Of a stretch of DNA of 64,000 bases, positions 30,081 to 39,087 are shown one piece after another. Made by a program: the position numbers and the translations under genes. Each line of letters starts with the position of its first letter. Position 1 is the stretch's first letter. The stretch is from an uncultured Anaerolineales bacterium (GTDB lineage: Bacteria; Chloroflexota; Anaerolineae; Anaerolineales; UBA6663): contig CALFZO010000053.1 in the NCBI GenBank assembly GCA_937952305.1, positions 14,401 through 78,400 on the forward strand, written 5' to 3'. Below the pieces are notes generated by a model. That model saw nothing but the letters and a program-made list of their open reading frames with translations. It made no database searches and was not told the DNA's origin.

Positions 30081-32537
30081 TCAGGCACCGGCCAGCTTGA
30101 ACAGGCCGGGCACATCCACGATCAGCGCGATCTGGCCGTCCCCCAGGATGGCGGCGCCGGCCACGCCGACGGTCTCGCCCACCAGCGGGCCAAGCGATTT
30201 GATGACGACTTCTTGCTCCCCCACCAACCGGTCCACGCGCAGCCCCATCGTCGACTTGCCCCAGCGCACCGCCACGACATATTCGCGGCTGGCGGCGCCG
30301 CCGTCGGTGGGCGCAAAGCCGAGGGCCTCCGACAGGCGCAGCAACGGCAACACGCTGCCGCGCAGCAGCGTCACCGGCCGGCTGTTGACGGTATGGATTT
30401 CGCCGGCCGTCAGGTGCAGGGCTTCCATGACACTCGCCAGCGGGATGGCGAAGACCGGCGCCGCCACGCCCGCGACATCCGCGGACGTCTGCACCAACAA
30501 CGCCGGGACAATCGCCAAGGTCAGCGGCAAACCGACCTGGAACTTCGTGCCGCGGCCCGGCCAGGTCTCGACGGTGACGTTGCCGTTCAGGCGCTCGACG
30601 TTGGAGCGGACGATGTCCATGCCCACGCCGCGCCCAGACAGACCGCTGACCGTCTTGGCCGTAGACAGGCCCGGCGCAAAGATCAGGTCTACGGCCTGGG
30701 CCGGCGTCAACGCGGCCGCTTCCGCTTCGGTCAGCAGGCCTTTGCGGACAGCGCTGGCCTTCACCTGGTCGCCGTCGATGCCGCGGCCGTCGTCCTCGAC
30801 GGTCAGGATGATGCGGCCCTCTTCGTGGCGGGCGGTCAGGAGCACGGTCCCGCGCTCCGGCTTGCCGGCGGCGCGCCGCTCGTCCGGGGTCTCCAGGCCA
30901 TGGTCGATGGCGTTGCGGAGCATGTGGATGAGCGGATCGCTGATGGCCTCGATGACGGACCGGTCGAGCTCGGTGTCCTCGCCGCGCAGGACCAGGTCCA
31001 CCTGCTTGCCAGTCTGCCGAGCCAGATCCCGCACCAGGCGCGGGAACTTGTTGAAAGCGCTGGCGATCGGCAGCATGCGGATGCGCATGACCTCTTCTTG
31101 CAACTGGTCGGTCAGGCGGCCCAGGTTGAGGGCGGCCTCGCCCAGTTCGTCCACGCGCTCGTCGCTGCGCCAGCGCTGTTCAAAGTCGCGGTGCAGTTGG
31201 TAGAGCCGATTGCGGCCCGTGATCAGCTCACCGACCAGGTTCATCAGGCTGTCCAGCCGTTCGACGCTGGTGCGCACGGTTTGCTCGGCGCGGGCGCGGC
31301 CCTTCTCGGGCGCGGCCTGGCTGGCCTGCAGCGCGGAACGCAGTTGCGAGATCTGCTGGGCGATGGCCTGGTCCAGGATTTCCTGGGGGACGAAGCCCAT
31401 GCGCACGAGCGTCTGGCCGAGCAGGTGCCGGGGCTCGCGTTCAGCGGCCTGGTAATCAATGGCGGCCTGAAGCTGGGCGGCGGTGAGGCGCCCGGCACTG
31501 ACCAGATATTCGCCCACGCGCTGGGCGCTCTCATCGGACGGTTGCTCCGTAGGCGGCGCGCCGACGGGCGGCGGGGCCGGCTCGGGCGGTGCGACCAAAT
31601 CAATGACTAGGTCATCCAGGGTCAGACGGGCGACGTCGGGAATAGCCGCCAGGGCCTGGCGGATGGCCTCGGCAGGCTGCGCGGTGATCACCTGCGCCAT
31701 GAAGTACGGGATCGGCGTCGAGGTCTCAATGGCCGCCTGATCCGGCTGCATGCTGACAATCTCGCCCAACTCCTGGAGCGCCAGCATGGCCTGGAAGGCG
31801 CGCGCCGCCGAGGCGAAGCAGCCCGGCGTAAAGTCTACGCGCACGGACAGTGGGGCGGCCGGGGCCGGAGCGGCCGGCGGCGCGGAGCGGCGGCGCGCCG
31901 GTTTGGCGGCTTTGGCGCCCGGGCCAGCCTTGCGCGTCGTCTTGGCCGCGCGCCCGCTCTTGGCGCGGGCGGTGGTCTTCTTGCCGGAACGCGCCCGCTT
32001 GGGCGCGGGCGGCAGCTGGACGACCGTGTGGCCGTTCTTGCCATTCTTGCCGTTCGGCGGGGCAGCGCCCACAGCGACCGGGCTGACGGCCACAGGCGCC
32101 AGGGCCGGAACAACCACCGGAGCCGGGGCGGCCAGGCTGGGTGCGGCCTGGGCGAAGCGCGTCAGGCGAGCCACCAGCACGGCGATGTCCACCGGACTGC
32201 GCTGGCGGTCCACGACTTCAGTGAGCAAGAGGCGCAGCGCGTCCAGCGACTCCAGCAAGGCGTCGGCCATGCGCACGTCCACCGTGTGGGTGCCTTTGCG
32301 CAGCCCATCCAGCACGGTTTCCATCACGTGCGTGAGTTCCGCCATGCGCTGATGCCCGATCGCCCCGGCCGACCCCTTGAGGGTATGCGCGGCCCGGAAC
32401 AGGGCCTGCAACAAGGGCGGATCGTCACCTTCGCGCTCCAGGCGGACCAAGCCCTCGTCTAGAATCTGGAGGTGCTCGTTGGCCTCGGCCAGGAAGATCT
32501 GCAATTCGTCTTCAGCGATGTCGAAGTTGAGTTCCAT
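30081..32537 (-). CDS. cheA: Chemotaxis histidine kinase CheA (Hpt/P1, basic low-complexity linker, P2-like, MshEN-like motif pair, P3, P4, P5)
   Basis: ORF 30081..32585 trimmed to ATG 32537 (MELNFDIAEDELQIFLAEANEHLQILDEGL...LFRAAHTLKGSAGAIG, the Hpt His). P3: VRTSVERLDSLMNLVGELI. P4: DPLIHMLRNAIDHG...GRGIDG...GRGVGMDIV. P5 CheW-like domain at the C-terminus. Confidence 0.95.
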   Translation of the reverse strand: MELNFDIAEDELQIFLAEANEHLQILDEGLVRLEREGDDPPLLQALFRAAHTLKGSAGAIGHQRMAELTHVMETVLDGLRKGTHTVDVRMADALLESLDALRLLLTEVVDRQRSPVDIAVLVARLTRFAQAAPSLAAPAPVVVPALAPVAVSPVAVGAAPPNGKNGKNGHTVVQLPPAPKRARSGKKTTARAKSGRAAKTTRKAGPGAKAAKPARRRSAPPAAPAPAAPLSVRVDFTPGCFASAARAFQAMLALQELGEIVSMQPDQAAIETSTPIPYFMAQVITAQPAEAIRQALAAIPDVARLTLDDLVIDLVAPPEPAPPPVGAPPTEQPSDESAQRVGEYLVSAGRLTAAQLQAAIDYQAAEREPRHLLGQTLVRMGFVPQEILDQAIAQQISQLRSALQASQAAPEKGRARAEQTVRTSVERLDSLMNLVGELITGRNRLYQLHRDFEQRWRSDERVDELGEAALNLGRLTDQLQEEVMRIRMLPIASAFNKFPRLVRDLARQTGKQVDLVLRGEDTELDRSVIEAISDPLIHMLRNAIDHGLETPDERRAAGKPERGTVLLTARHEEGRIILTVEDDGRGIDGDQVKASAVRKGLLTEAEAAALTPAQAVDLIFAPGLSTAKTVSGLSGRGVGMDIVRSNVERLNGNVTVETWPGRGTKFQVGLPLTLAIVPALLVQTSADVAGVAAPVFAIPLASVMEALHLTAGEIHTVNSRPVTLLRGSVLPLLRLSEALGFAPTDGGAASREYVVAVRWGKSTMGLRVDRLVGEQEVVIKSLGPLVGETVGVAGAAILGDGQIALIVDVPGLFKLAGA
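31353..31520 (-). other. Tandem MshEN/T2SSE_N-type 24-residue motifs (candidate c-di-GMP binding site) embedded in CheA
   Basis: RVGEYLVSAGRLTAAQLQAAIDYQ, an 8-aa spacer, then LLGQTLVRMGFVPQEILDQAIAQQ. Each matches (R/x)LGxx(L/V/I)(L/V/I)xxG(L/V/I)(L/V/I)xxxxLxxxLxxQ at almost every fixed position. Confidence 0.55.
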
Positions 32538-32612
32538 CAGGCCGATCCTAGCATCCCGGTCAGGGGAAAACCGTAAAGCACCCATAAAAGAACGACAAAG
32601 CCGCCATGAAAT

Positions 32613-32882
32613 CTAGGCCTCAGGCGCCGGCGGCGACGCCGCGGACGCTGCGGGCGCAGTGCCGGCGTCAGGGGAGACCGAGCTGCCGGGCAGGAGGATG
32701 TTGTGTTGGCGCGCAAAGGCTTCCAGATCGGCCCGGCGGATGCGGATGTTGAGACCCAGCTGGGTGTTGTAAGCGGGCAACCCCTTGGTCCGGATCCAAC
32801 GCCGGATCGTTTCAGCTGAGACGCCGCAGAAACGCGCCGCTTCCGTCGTCGTCAGGATGTCAGTTACAGGTGCCGTTTCCAT
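32613..32882 (-). CDS. Small helix-turn-helix DNA-binding protein (excisionase/MerR-like HTH_17 type)
   Basis: ORF 32613..33044 trimmed to ATG 32882 (METAPVTDILTTTEAARFCGVSAETIRRWIRTKGLPAY) because the longer form overlaps the kinase gene stop at 32914. The start choice is uncertain. Confidence 0.7.
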   Translation of the reverse strand: METAPVTDILTTTEAARFCGVSAETIRRWIRTKGLPAYNTQLGLNIRIRRADLEAFARQHNILLPGSSVSPDAGTAPAASAASPPAPEA

Positions 32883-32913
32883 GGTCAACTTTGGTCCTTG
32901 TCCCGCACCAGCC

Positions 32914-34278
32914 TCAACGGACATGGAGGTAAGTCTCGGCGATCCAGCCGGTCCCATCCCACTCGGCGTCGGCGGCCTCGGGAATGCTGAGCCGATACCA
33001 CCAAGCGCCATCACAGGTGCGCCGCTCCAGGATCCGGCCGACATCGCCGTCGTTGGCGACGCCGAGCACGCCCAGCCAGAAACCAGCCGGGCAGCCGCGC
33101 AACAGGCTGACGCTGGCCTGGCCGTCGCCGTCGACGCGCACGCCTGAGCCCACCGCGAAGCGCGGCGCCGTGTTGGCGGTGGGCGTGCTCACTTCAATCA
33201 ACTGCGTGGCGCCCCAGCCAATTCCGACCACGAGCACGACGATGCCCAGCAAGACGGCGGCCGGCGCCAACCAGGCGCGCCGATCCCGCGGGCTGGGCGG
33301 CGCCGCGTACTCGCTGTCCTCGTAGGCCGAGAACTCCTCCAGCGGCGTCCCGGAGCGCGCGCTGCTGGGCAAAGACGCGCTGCTGGACCGCACGGGGACC
33401 GGCTCAGTCGGGTCCGGCTCAGAGCGGGCGGCCGGCTGGGCCTGAGCGCGTTCCACAGCCACATGCAGGGCGTGGGCCAACAACTGCGCTGACTGGTAGC
33501 GCTCCATGGGGTCCTTGGACAAGGTCCGCATGACCACGGATTCCACGCCGGGCGGCAGGTGACGCCCGAGCACACGCGGCGTGGGCGGCAATTCTGAGAT
33601 GTGCTTGACGGCCACGGCCAGCGTGCCGCCCTGGAACGGCGTCTGCCCGACCAGCATTTCGTAGAGAATCACACCCAGCGTGTAGACGTCGCTGCGCTTG
33701 TCGCCGGGGGCGCCGCGGGCCTGCTCCGGCGAGATGTAGGCCGGCGTGCCAGTCAGGCCGCCCGTGCCGGACAAGCGCGGGTGATCGATCCAGTAGACCA
33801 GGCCGAAGTCGGTGAGGACCGGCGTGCCGTCGTCGCGGAACATGATGTTGGCCGGCTTGAGGTCACGATGGATCACGCCGTGGCGGTGGGCGAAGTCGAC
33901 GGCGGCGCAGATGATCTGCATCCACTGGTCGGCCTGCTCCAACGAGACGGGCCGCCGCTGGCGGGCCATCTCCATCAAGCGGAGCTCCAGCGTGCCGCCG
34001 CCCAGGTACTCCATCACGATGTAGGCGTTGTCGCCGTCCACCACGAATTCCTCCACCCGCACGATGTTCGGGTGATGGATGCGCTTCATAACCTCGGCCT
34101 CGCGCCGGAAGCGATCCAGCGAGCCGCCGTGGTTGAAGAGGTGCGGATGGATGGTTTTGATGGCGCAGACTTCGCCCGTGACCGTGTGGCGGGCCTTGTA
34201 GACGTCGGCCATGCTGCCCCGGCCGGCGAGTTCTTCCAACTGGTACTGCCCGATCGTCTGGCCGATGGTGGTGCTCAC
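32914..34278 (-). CDS. Hanks-type Ser/Thr protein kinase with one TM and an extracellular SH3b-like C-terminal domain
   Basis: Kinase motifs: GRGSMADVYKA, AIK, HRDLKPANIMF, DFGL, GTPAYISPE. TM: AWLAPAAVLLGIVVLVVGIGWG. I prefer the GTG start at 34278 (GAGAGG 5 nt upstream) over the ORF-track GTG at 34368. Confidence 0.9.
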   Translation of the reverse strand: MSTTIGQTIGQYQLEELAGRGSMADVYKARHTVTGEVCAIKTIHPHLFNHGGSLDRFRREAEVMKRIHHPNIVRVEEFVVDGDNAYIVMEYLGGGTLELRLMEMARQRRPVSLEQADQWMQIICAAVDFAHRHGVIHRDLKPANIMFRDDGTPVLTDFGLVYWIDHPRLSGTGGLTGTPAYISPEQARGAPGDKRSDVYTLGVILYEMLVGQTPFQGGTLAVAVKHISELPPTPRVLGRHLPPGVESVVMRTLSKDPMERYQSAQLLAHALHVAVERAQAQPAARSEPDPTEPVPVRSSSASLPSSARSGTPLEEFSAYEDSEYAAPPSPRDRRAWLAPAAVLLGIVVLVVGIGWGATQLIEVSTPTANTAPRFAVGSGVRVDGDGQASVSLLRGCPAGFWLGVLGVANDGDVGRILERRTCDGAWWYRLSIPEAADAEWDGTGWIAETYLHVR

Positions 34279-34458
34279 AGGGGCCTCTCTAGGATGGCGC
34301 AACGCGGGGCGGCGGGCGAGACGCCCGACCCGGCCTCCTTCAGACGCCACACATCGGTTGTCGACCACACATCAGTCAGACTTGAGCGCGCCGGCCGCGC
34401 CAACGAGGAGTTTTAGGGGAGCTTTACGGAAGCGGCGGGAACGGGCGGCCGGGCGCGG

Positions 34459-37326
34459 TCACCACTCGGTGAGCTTCCAGATTTCGGGCTGCCAATGCGG
34501 CCCTTGCGGGCCGGCGCCGATATCGGCGAACAGCCGGACGGCCTGCTTGAGGTGGCGCATGGCCTCATCACTGAGGCCCTGCGCGTAATAGAGGTCGGCC
34601 AGGTTGTTGTGCAGGGCCGCTTCGCGGTGGCGATCACCCCGGGCCACGCACAGGCCCAGCGCTTGTTGGGTTAAGGACAGCGCCCGCGCCAGGTCGCCTT
34701 CTTCCCGACACACCAGCGCCAGGTTGTTGAGCGCGGCCACCAGGGCATCCGGGTCGTCCAAAGACTCGGCCAAGTGGCGGCTATGCTCCAGATGGTGGCG
34801 CGCTTCGGCCAGAGCTTCGCGCCGGCTGGCCAGGCTGCCCAGGCGGTTATGGGCCTGCGCCAAGGCCCGGGCATCGCCAGCGGCCTGGGCTAGAGCCAGC
34901 GCGCGCTGGGCCAGCCTCTCAGCGGCCTCAGCCTGGCCGCGCCGCTGAGCCGTGCGGCTCCAGTCTGCGTATAGCCGAGCCTGGACGGCCGGCGTGACCG
35001 CCTCGGTCATGGCCAGCTCTGCCGCCCGGAAGTGATCGTCCGCCAGTTCCCAGTCGCCGCGCCGGTCGTAGACGATGGCCAGCTTGTGTTCGAGCAGGCC
35101 CAGAGACTCAGCCGGGCTGGTGGCGGCGGCCGCCTCATAGCTGTTCAGGGCGGCGGCATAGTCGCCGGCCAACGTGTGCAGGTCACCGATCGCGCCGTGC
35201 AACTCGTGCGGTTGCGGATAGCCGAGAGACAGGGCGGCCTGGAAGTGGGCCAGCGCCTCGGCGTTGGCGTAGACCGACCGGGCATGGTCGCCGGCACGCC
35301 GGAAGAACTCGGCGGCCTCGGGTTCGCGCCCGCCCAGGCGGAAGTGGTGGGCGATCTCGGCGGCCCGTTCGCCGCCGCCGGGCACGGTCCGGCCGCGCCG
35401 CCGCGCGACCAAGGTCTCGGCTGTCCGCCGGTGCAGCAGGCGGCGGCGGCCCAGGCCGGTCTGGGCATAAGCCAACGCGCGCAGTTTCTCGTGGGTGAAG
35501 TCGTACGCCACCTGGCCAGACGGCGCGGCGACCTCGACGACCAGGCCGCGGGCCACCAGCTCTTCCAAAGCGGCGATGGTCTCGTCCTCACTGCGGCCAC
35601 TCACGGCCTGCAAGGCTTCCAGATCAAACGAACGCCCGATGACGGCGGCCGCGCCGAGCAGTTGCTGGCCGGTCTCGCCGGCCGCCGCCAGGCGCGCGCT
35701 GAGCAAAGCCCGCACGCCGGCCGGGAGCGGCCAATCGCCGCTCAGATCTGGACGGCAAGCCAGCGCCGCCAGGTATTCGACGACAAAGAGCGGCGCGCCC
35801 TCGGTCTCGCCTTGCAAACGCGCCAGGACGGCCTCAGACAGGGCCTCGGGCGGCAAGGCACTGGCCGCCAACGCGCGCACGTCCTCCGGCTGAAGCCGCT
35901 GTAACTCCAGGACACGGCCGGTCGCGGCCCGTTGCGCCTCGGCCAGGCACTGGCGCAATGGATGATGAGGCGGCACATCGCCGCCGCGCCAGGTGGTCAC
36001 GATAAAGAGCGGCGGCTGGGCCGACCGCCGGATCAGGTACGCCAGCAGGTCGACTGAGGCCTCGTCGGCCCATTGCACATCGTCAAAGAAGAGCAGGCCG
36101 GGCGTGGCAGCGGACGCCAACGCCAATAAGGTCTGCCGCACGCCTTCGAAGAAACGACTCTGCGCGCCCGGCCCATCCAATGGCGGCGCGCCGCCGGCCT
36201 GGCCCAACTCCGGCAACAGGCGGGCCGCTTCCCAACGCTGCGGCTCGGCCACCGCCTGCAAGCGGGCCGCGGCGCCAGGCAGCGCCAGAGCCGCGCGCAG
36301 GACATCCACGATCACGCCGTAGGCCAGGTTCGCCTGGCCGTGATAACAACGCGCCGCCAGGACGGCCGGCTGGTCCGGCGCGAGCGCGGCCAGGAAGTCC
36401 TGGGCCAGGCGCGTCTTGCCGATGCCGGCTTCGCCGTCCAGCACCACCCACTGACCAGCAGTGCCCGCCGCGGTGTGAGCGGCCGCGAGCGCGGCCCATT
36501 CCGCCGCCCGGCCCACCAGGGGCAGCGCGGCGGCCGGGCGGCGCGCCGGCGGCGGCGCGGGCGGGCCGGCCTGAGCCGCGGTCGGCGGCGCCAGCCGGTT
36601 GAGCTTGATGGCTTCGTAGAGGCGCAGCGTCTCTTCCAGCGGGGCGACGCCTAGTTCGGCCTGCAGCACGCGCTCGCACTCATGGTATTGCCGCAGCGCC
36701 GCAGCCCGTTGACCCGACCAGGCATACAACCGCATGAGCTGGCGGTGGGCCGGCTCATGCAGAGCGTCCAGCGCCAGCCAGCGCCGGGCATAACTCAGGG
36801 CGCGCTCGTAATCGGCGGCGGCGGTGTGGGCGCGCACCAAACGCTCGAGCACGGCCGCGATTTCGTGCTTAAGCGTTTCGGCCTGGAAGAATTGCCAATC
36901 ATCGAACGACGCGCTATCGCGCAGCGAGAAGCCGGCCAGAAAATCGTCGCGGTACAGGTCGGCGGCCTCCGCCTGCGCGGCCAGATCCTCGGCCCGCGCG
37001 CGGAGGTCACGAAAGGCGAGCACGTCCACCCAGACCGGCGCGCCCAAACCCACCGTCTCGCGCTCGATGCTCAAGCCGAGGCCGCCCAAGGCCGTGTTGA
37101 GCGTGGACAACGTCCGCCGCAGCGCGGCGTGCGCCTTGGCGGCCTCCGCGTCCGGCCAGAGCAACGCCGCCAGCTTCTCCCGCGCCTGGCGTTCGCCGGA
37201 CAGCGCCAGGTAGGCCAGCAGCGCCAACGCTTTGCGCGTGTCGACGACCACCGGCCGGCCGGCCTGCTCCAGGCGCGGCGAACCAAAGAGATAGAGGCGG
37301 ATCGTCTGGACAGCGTCTTTGGGCAC
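34459..37326 (-). CDS. SARP/AfsR-like regulator: winged-helix + BTAD + AAA/NB-ARC-like ATPase + TPR repeats
   Basis: wHTH/BTAD: IRLYLFGSPRLEQAGRPVVVDTRKALALLAYLAL...YRDDFLAGF...HEPAHRQLMRLYAWSGQRAAALRQYHECERVLQAELGVAPLEETLRLYEAI. Walker A: GEAGIGKTRL. TPR-like C-terminus. The ORF-track N-terminus (to 37851) is R/P-rich and overlaps a plus-strand gene with good codon bias. The GTG at 37326 is my proposed start and is uncertain. Confidence 0.85.
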   Translation of the reverse strand: MPKDAVQTIRLYLFGSPRLEQAGRPVVVDTRKALALLAYLALSGERQAREKLAALLWPDAEAAKAHAALRRTLSTLNTALGGLGLSIERETVGLGAPVWVDVLAFRDLRARAEDLAAQAEAADLYRDDFLAGFSLRDSASFDDWQFFQAETLKHEIAAVLERLVRAHTAAADYERALSYARRWLALDALHEPAHRQLMRLYAWSGQRAAALRQYHECERVLQAELGVAPLEETLRLYEAIKLNRLAPPTAAQAGPPAPPPARRPAAALPLVGRAAEWAALAAAHTAAGTAGQWVVLDGEAGIGKTRLAQDFLAALAPDQPAVLAARCYHGQANLAYGVIVDVLRAALALPGAAARLQAVAEPQRWEAARLLPELGQAGGAPPLDGPGAQSRFFEGVRQTLLALASAATPGLLFFDDVQWADEASVDLLAYLIRRSAQPPLFIVTTWRGGDVPPHHPLRQCLAEAQRAATGRVLELQRLQPEDVRALAASALPPEALSEAVLARLQGETEGAPLFVVEYLAALACRPDLSGDWPLPAGVRALLSARLAAAGETGQQLLGAAAVIGRSFDLEALQAVSGRSEDETIAALEELVARGLVVEVAAPSGQVAYDFTHEKLRALAYAQTGLGRRRLLHRRTAETLVARRRGRTVPGGGERAAEIAHHFRLGGREPEAAEFFRRAGDHARSVYANAEALAHFQAALSLGYPQPHELHGAIGDLHTLAGDYAAALNSYEAAAATSPAESLGLLEHKLAIVYDRRGDWELADDHFRAAELAMTEAVTPAVQARLYADWSRTAQRRGQAEAAERLAQRALALAQAAGDARALAQAHNRLGSLASRREALAEARHHLEHSRHLAESLDDPDALVAALNNLALVCREEGDLARALSLTQQALGLCVARGDRHREAALHNNLADLYYAQGLSDEAMRHLKQAVRLFADIGAGPQGPHWQPEIWKLTEW

Positions 37327-37446
37327 GCGTCGATTGTACTGCAACTCCGCGCGCCAACCGTAACGCGGCCCGTAACGACGGCCGGACGCCGCGCCGTTAG
37401 AGTGCAACTGAACTGACCGGCGCAACCACGCCGGCAAGGAGGCCCC

Positions 37447-37911
37447 ATGACCCGGACCACGGAACAGCCCGGCCGCGCGCACACCTGGGGCGAAGACATC
37501 GTCGACGGATTGCTGCGCGGGACCGGCGCCGGCGGGTTGATGATCGCGTACGTGCTGCTGGCCGGCGCGCTGAGCGGCGAGGCGGCGGCGGCCACGCTCG
37601 GACGCTTCGACCCCGCCCGCGGCGGCGAGGCGCTGCGCGGCGGCCTGGCGCACCTGGCGACGGCGGCCGTATACGGCGCGGTCTTCGGAGCAGCCTGGCA
37701 CGCACTCAGCCCGTGGCGGGCGCGGCTGCCAGGCTGGCTGGCCGGCCTGGCCTACAGCGTCCTGCTGCTGGCCCTGGCCAACGGCCTCCTGCTGCCGTGG
37801 ATGACGCCGGCGCTGCGCGGCTTCCCGGCGCTGCATTTCTTCGTCGCGCACTTGCTGTACGGCGTCACCCTGGGCTGGCTGAGCGCGCGGCGCCTATCAG
37901 CCGGCGGCTGA
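37447..37911 (+). CDS. Hypothetical integral membrane protein
   Basis: 154 aa with GC3-rich codons in this frame and three or four hydrophobic helices (LMIAYVLLAGAL, AAVYGAVFGAAW, LAGLAYSVLLLALANGLLL, FFVAHLLYGVTLGWL). No family recognised. Confidence 0.6.
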   Translation: MTRTTEQPGRAHTWGEDIVDGLLRGTGAGGLMIAYVLLAGALSGEAAAATLGRFDPARGGEALRGGLAHLATAAVYGAVFGAAWHALSPWRARLPGWLAGLAYSVLLLALANGLLLPWMTPALRGFPALHFFVAHLLYGVTLGWLSARRLSAGG

Positions 37912-37943
37912 GTTCATCCAAGTTTTAGCAGAAGGGATCGGCC

Positions 37944-38912
37944 ATGTTTGACTATCTCGGAGTTGGCGTTCTGGTTCTCCTGGCGGCGTTGTTCGGCTGG
38001 CTGGTGACGCGGGCCTGGGGCGCGCAGCAGGCCTGGCTCAAGTGGCTGGGCGCCGGCGTGGCCGGCACGTTGACGTTGATCAGCGGCGCCATCCTCGTCA
38101 TAGCCCTGATCGGCTTCTATCGGCTCAACGCCAAACAGCCGAACGCGGCCGCGGACATCCGCGTGGCCGGCACGCCGGAACAGGTGGCGCGCGGCGCGCA
38201 GTTAGCGCAGATCTGCGCCGGCTGCCATGGCGGCGGCCAACTGCCGCTGACCGGGCAGAATGCCTTGAGCGAGGGCGCGCCGCCCATCGGCACCCTCTAC
38301 GTGCCCAACCTGACCATGGCCGGCGAGATGAAGGACTGGACGGACGGCGAGATCATCCGCGCCATCCGGGAGGGCGTACACCAGGATGGGCGCTCGCTGC
38401 TGATCATGCCGTCGGCGGTCTTCCGCAACATGAGCGACGCCGACGCGCACGCGCTGGTGGCCTATCTGCGCTCGACCACGGCCGGCGAGGCCTCGCCGCC
38501 CACGCGCCTCAACCTGCTGGGCGCGCTCTTCATCGGCGCGGGCCTGTTCCCGCTCTCGGCCCAACCGCCCCTGGAAAGCGCTGTGGCAGCGCCGCCGGCC
38601 GGCGTCACAAAGGAGTATGGCGCCTATCTGGTCTCGATCGCGGCCTGCACCGAATGCCACGGCCCGGACCTGGCCGGCCAGCCGGAAAACCCCAACGGCC
38701 CGCCGGGCGGCCCTAACCTGACCACGCTCGTGCCGCAGTGGACGGAGGCGCAGTTCCTGGCCTTCTTCAACACCGGCCAGACGCCAGCGGGCGCAACAAT
38801 GTCCGAGTCTATGCCGTGGAAAGAAGTGCGCGGTTTCGCCAGCGATGACGACCTGCGGGCGATGTACCTCTATTTGAGCGCGCTCCCGCCCCAGGCCGGG
38901 CCGAGCGAATAG
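37944..38912 (+). CDS. Membrane-anchored dihaem c-type cytochrome
   Basis: 322 aa with N-terminal TM helices and two CxxCH sites (CAGCHG and CTECHG). Confidence 0.85.
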   Translation: MFDYLGVGVLVLLAALFGWLVTRAWGAQQAWLKWLGAGVAGTLTLISGAILVIALIGFYRLNAKQPNAAADIRVAGTPEQVARGAQLAQICAGCHGGGQLPLTGQNALSEGAPPIGTLYVPNLTMAGEMKDWTDGEIIRAIREGVHQDGRSLLIMPSAVFRNMSDADAHALVAYLRSTTAGEASPPTRLNLLGALFIGAGLFPLSAQPPLESAVAAPPAGVTKEYGAYLVSIAACTECHGPDLAGQPENPNGPPGGPNLTTLVPQWTEAQFLAFFNTGQTPAGATMSESMPWKEVRGFASDDDLRAMYLYLSALPPQAGPSE

Positions 38913-38940
38913 AGCCGCGCCTACGCCGGCAGGGGGAGTT

Positions 38941-38971
38941 CTGAGCGCCGCGCGTGATGCGCGGCGCTCAG
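38941..38971 (+). terminator. Perfect 13-bp inverted repeat hairpin downstream of the cytochrome c gene (terminator-like, weak T-tail)
   Basis: CTGAGCGCCGCGC-gtgat-GCGCGGCGCTCAG, 29 nt after the stop at 38912. It is followed by cttgtgg only, so intrinsic termination is uncertain. Confidence 0.45.
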
Positions 38972-39087
38972 CTTGTGGCGCAACGGCGCCGTTCGGCCGA
39001 GGCCAAAGATCAGACTTTGGTCGCTGTTCGGCCCGCCGCGATCTCGGCCAGAATAACTACTATTCCGACCAATCAAGGCGTCTAACC

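Noticed and set aside
32613-32882. Excisionase-type HTH gene as a sign of a prophage or integrative element.
   Set aside because: There is no integrase, recombinase, att-like repeat flanks, phage structural genes or compositional shift anywhere nearby. The gene sits inside a co-oriented regulatory/chemotaxis gene run.
34459-37851. Full-length 1130-aa version of the SARP regulator ORF, and similar long N-terminal extensions of ORFs 1910..4294, 4200..6551, 12274..12816, 21499..23817, 30081..32585, 43580..45130, 52549..54051 and 58826..59908.
   Set aside because: The extensions are R/P/W-rich, overlap neighbouring genes, and lack the hydrophobic or domain features that begin at internal starts preceded by Shine-Dalgarno-like sequences. 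I trimmed them, and the remaining start-site uncertainty is noted per feature.
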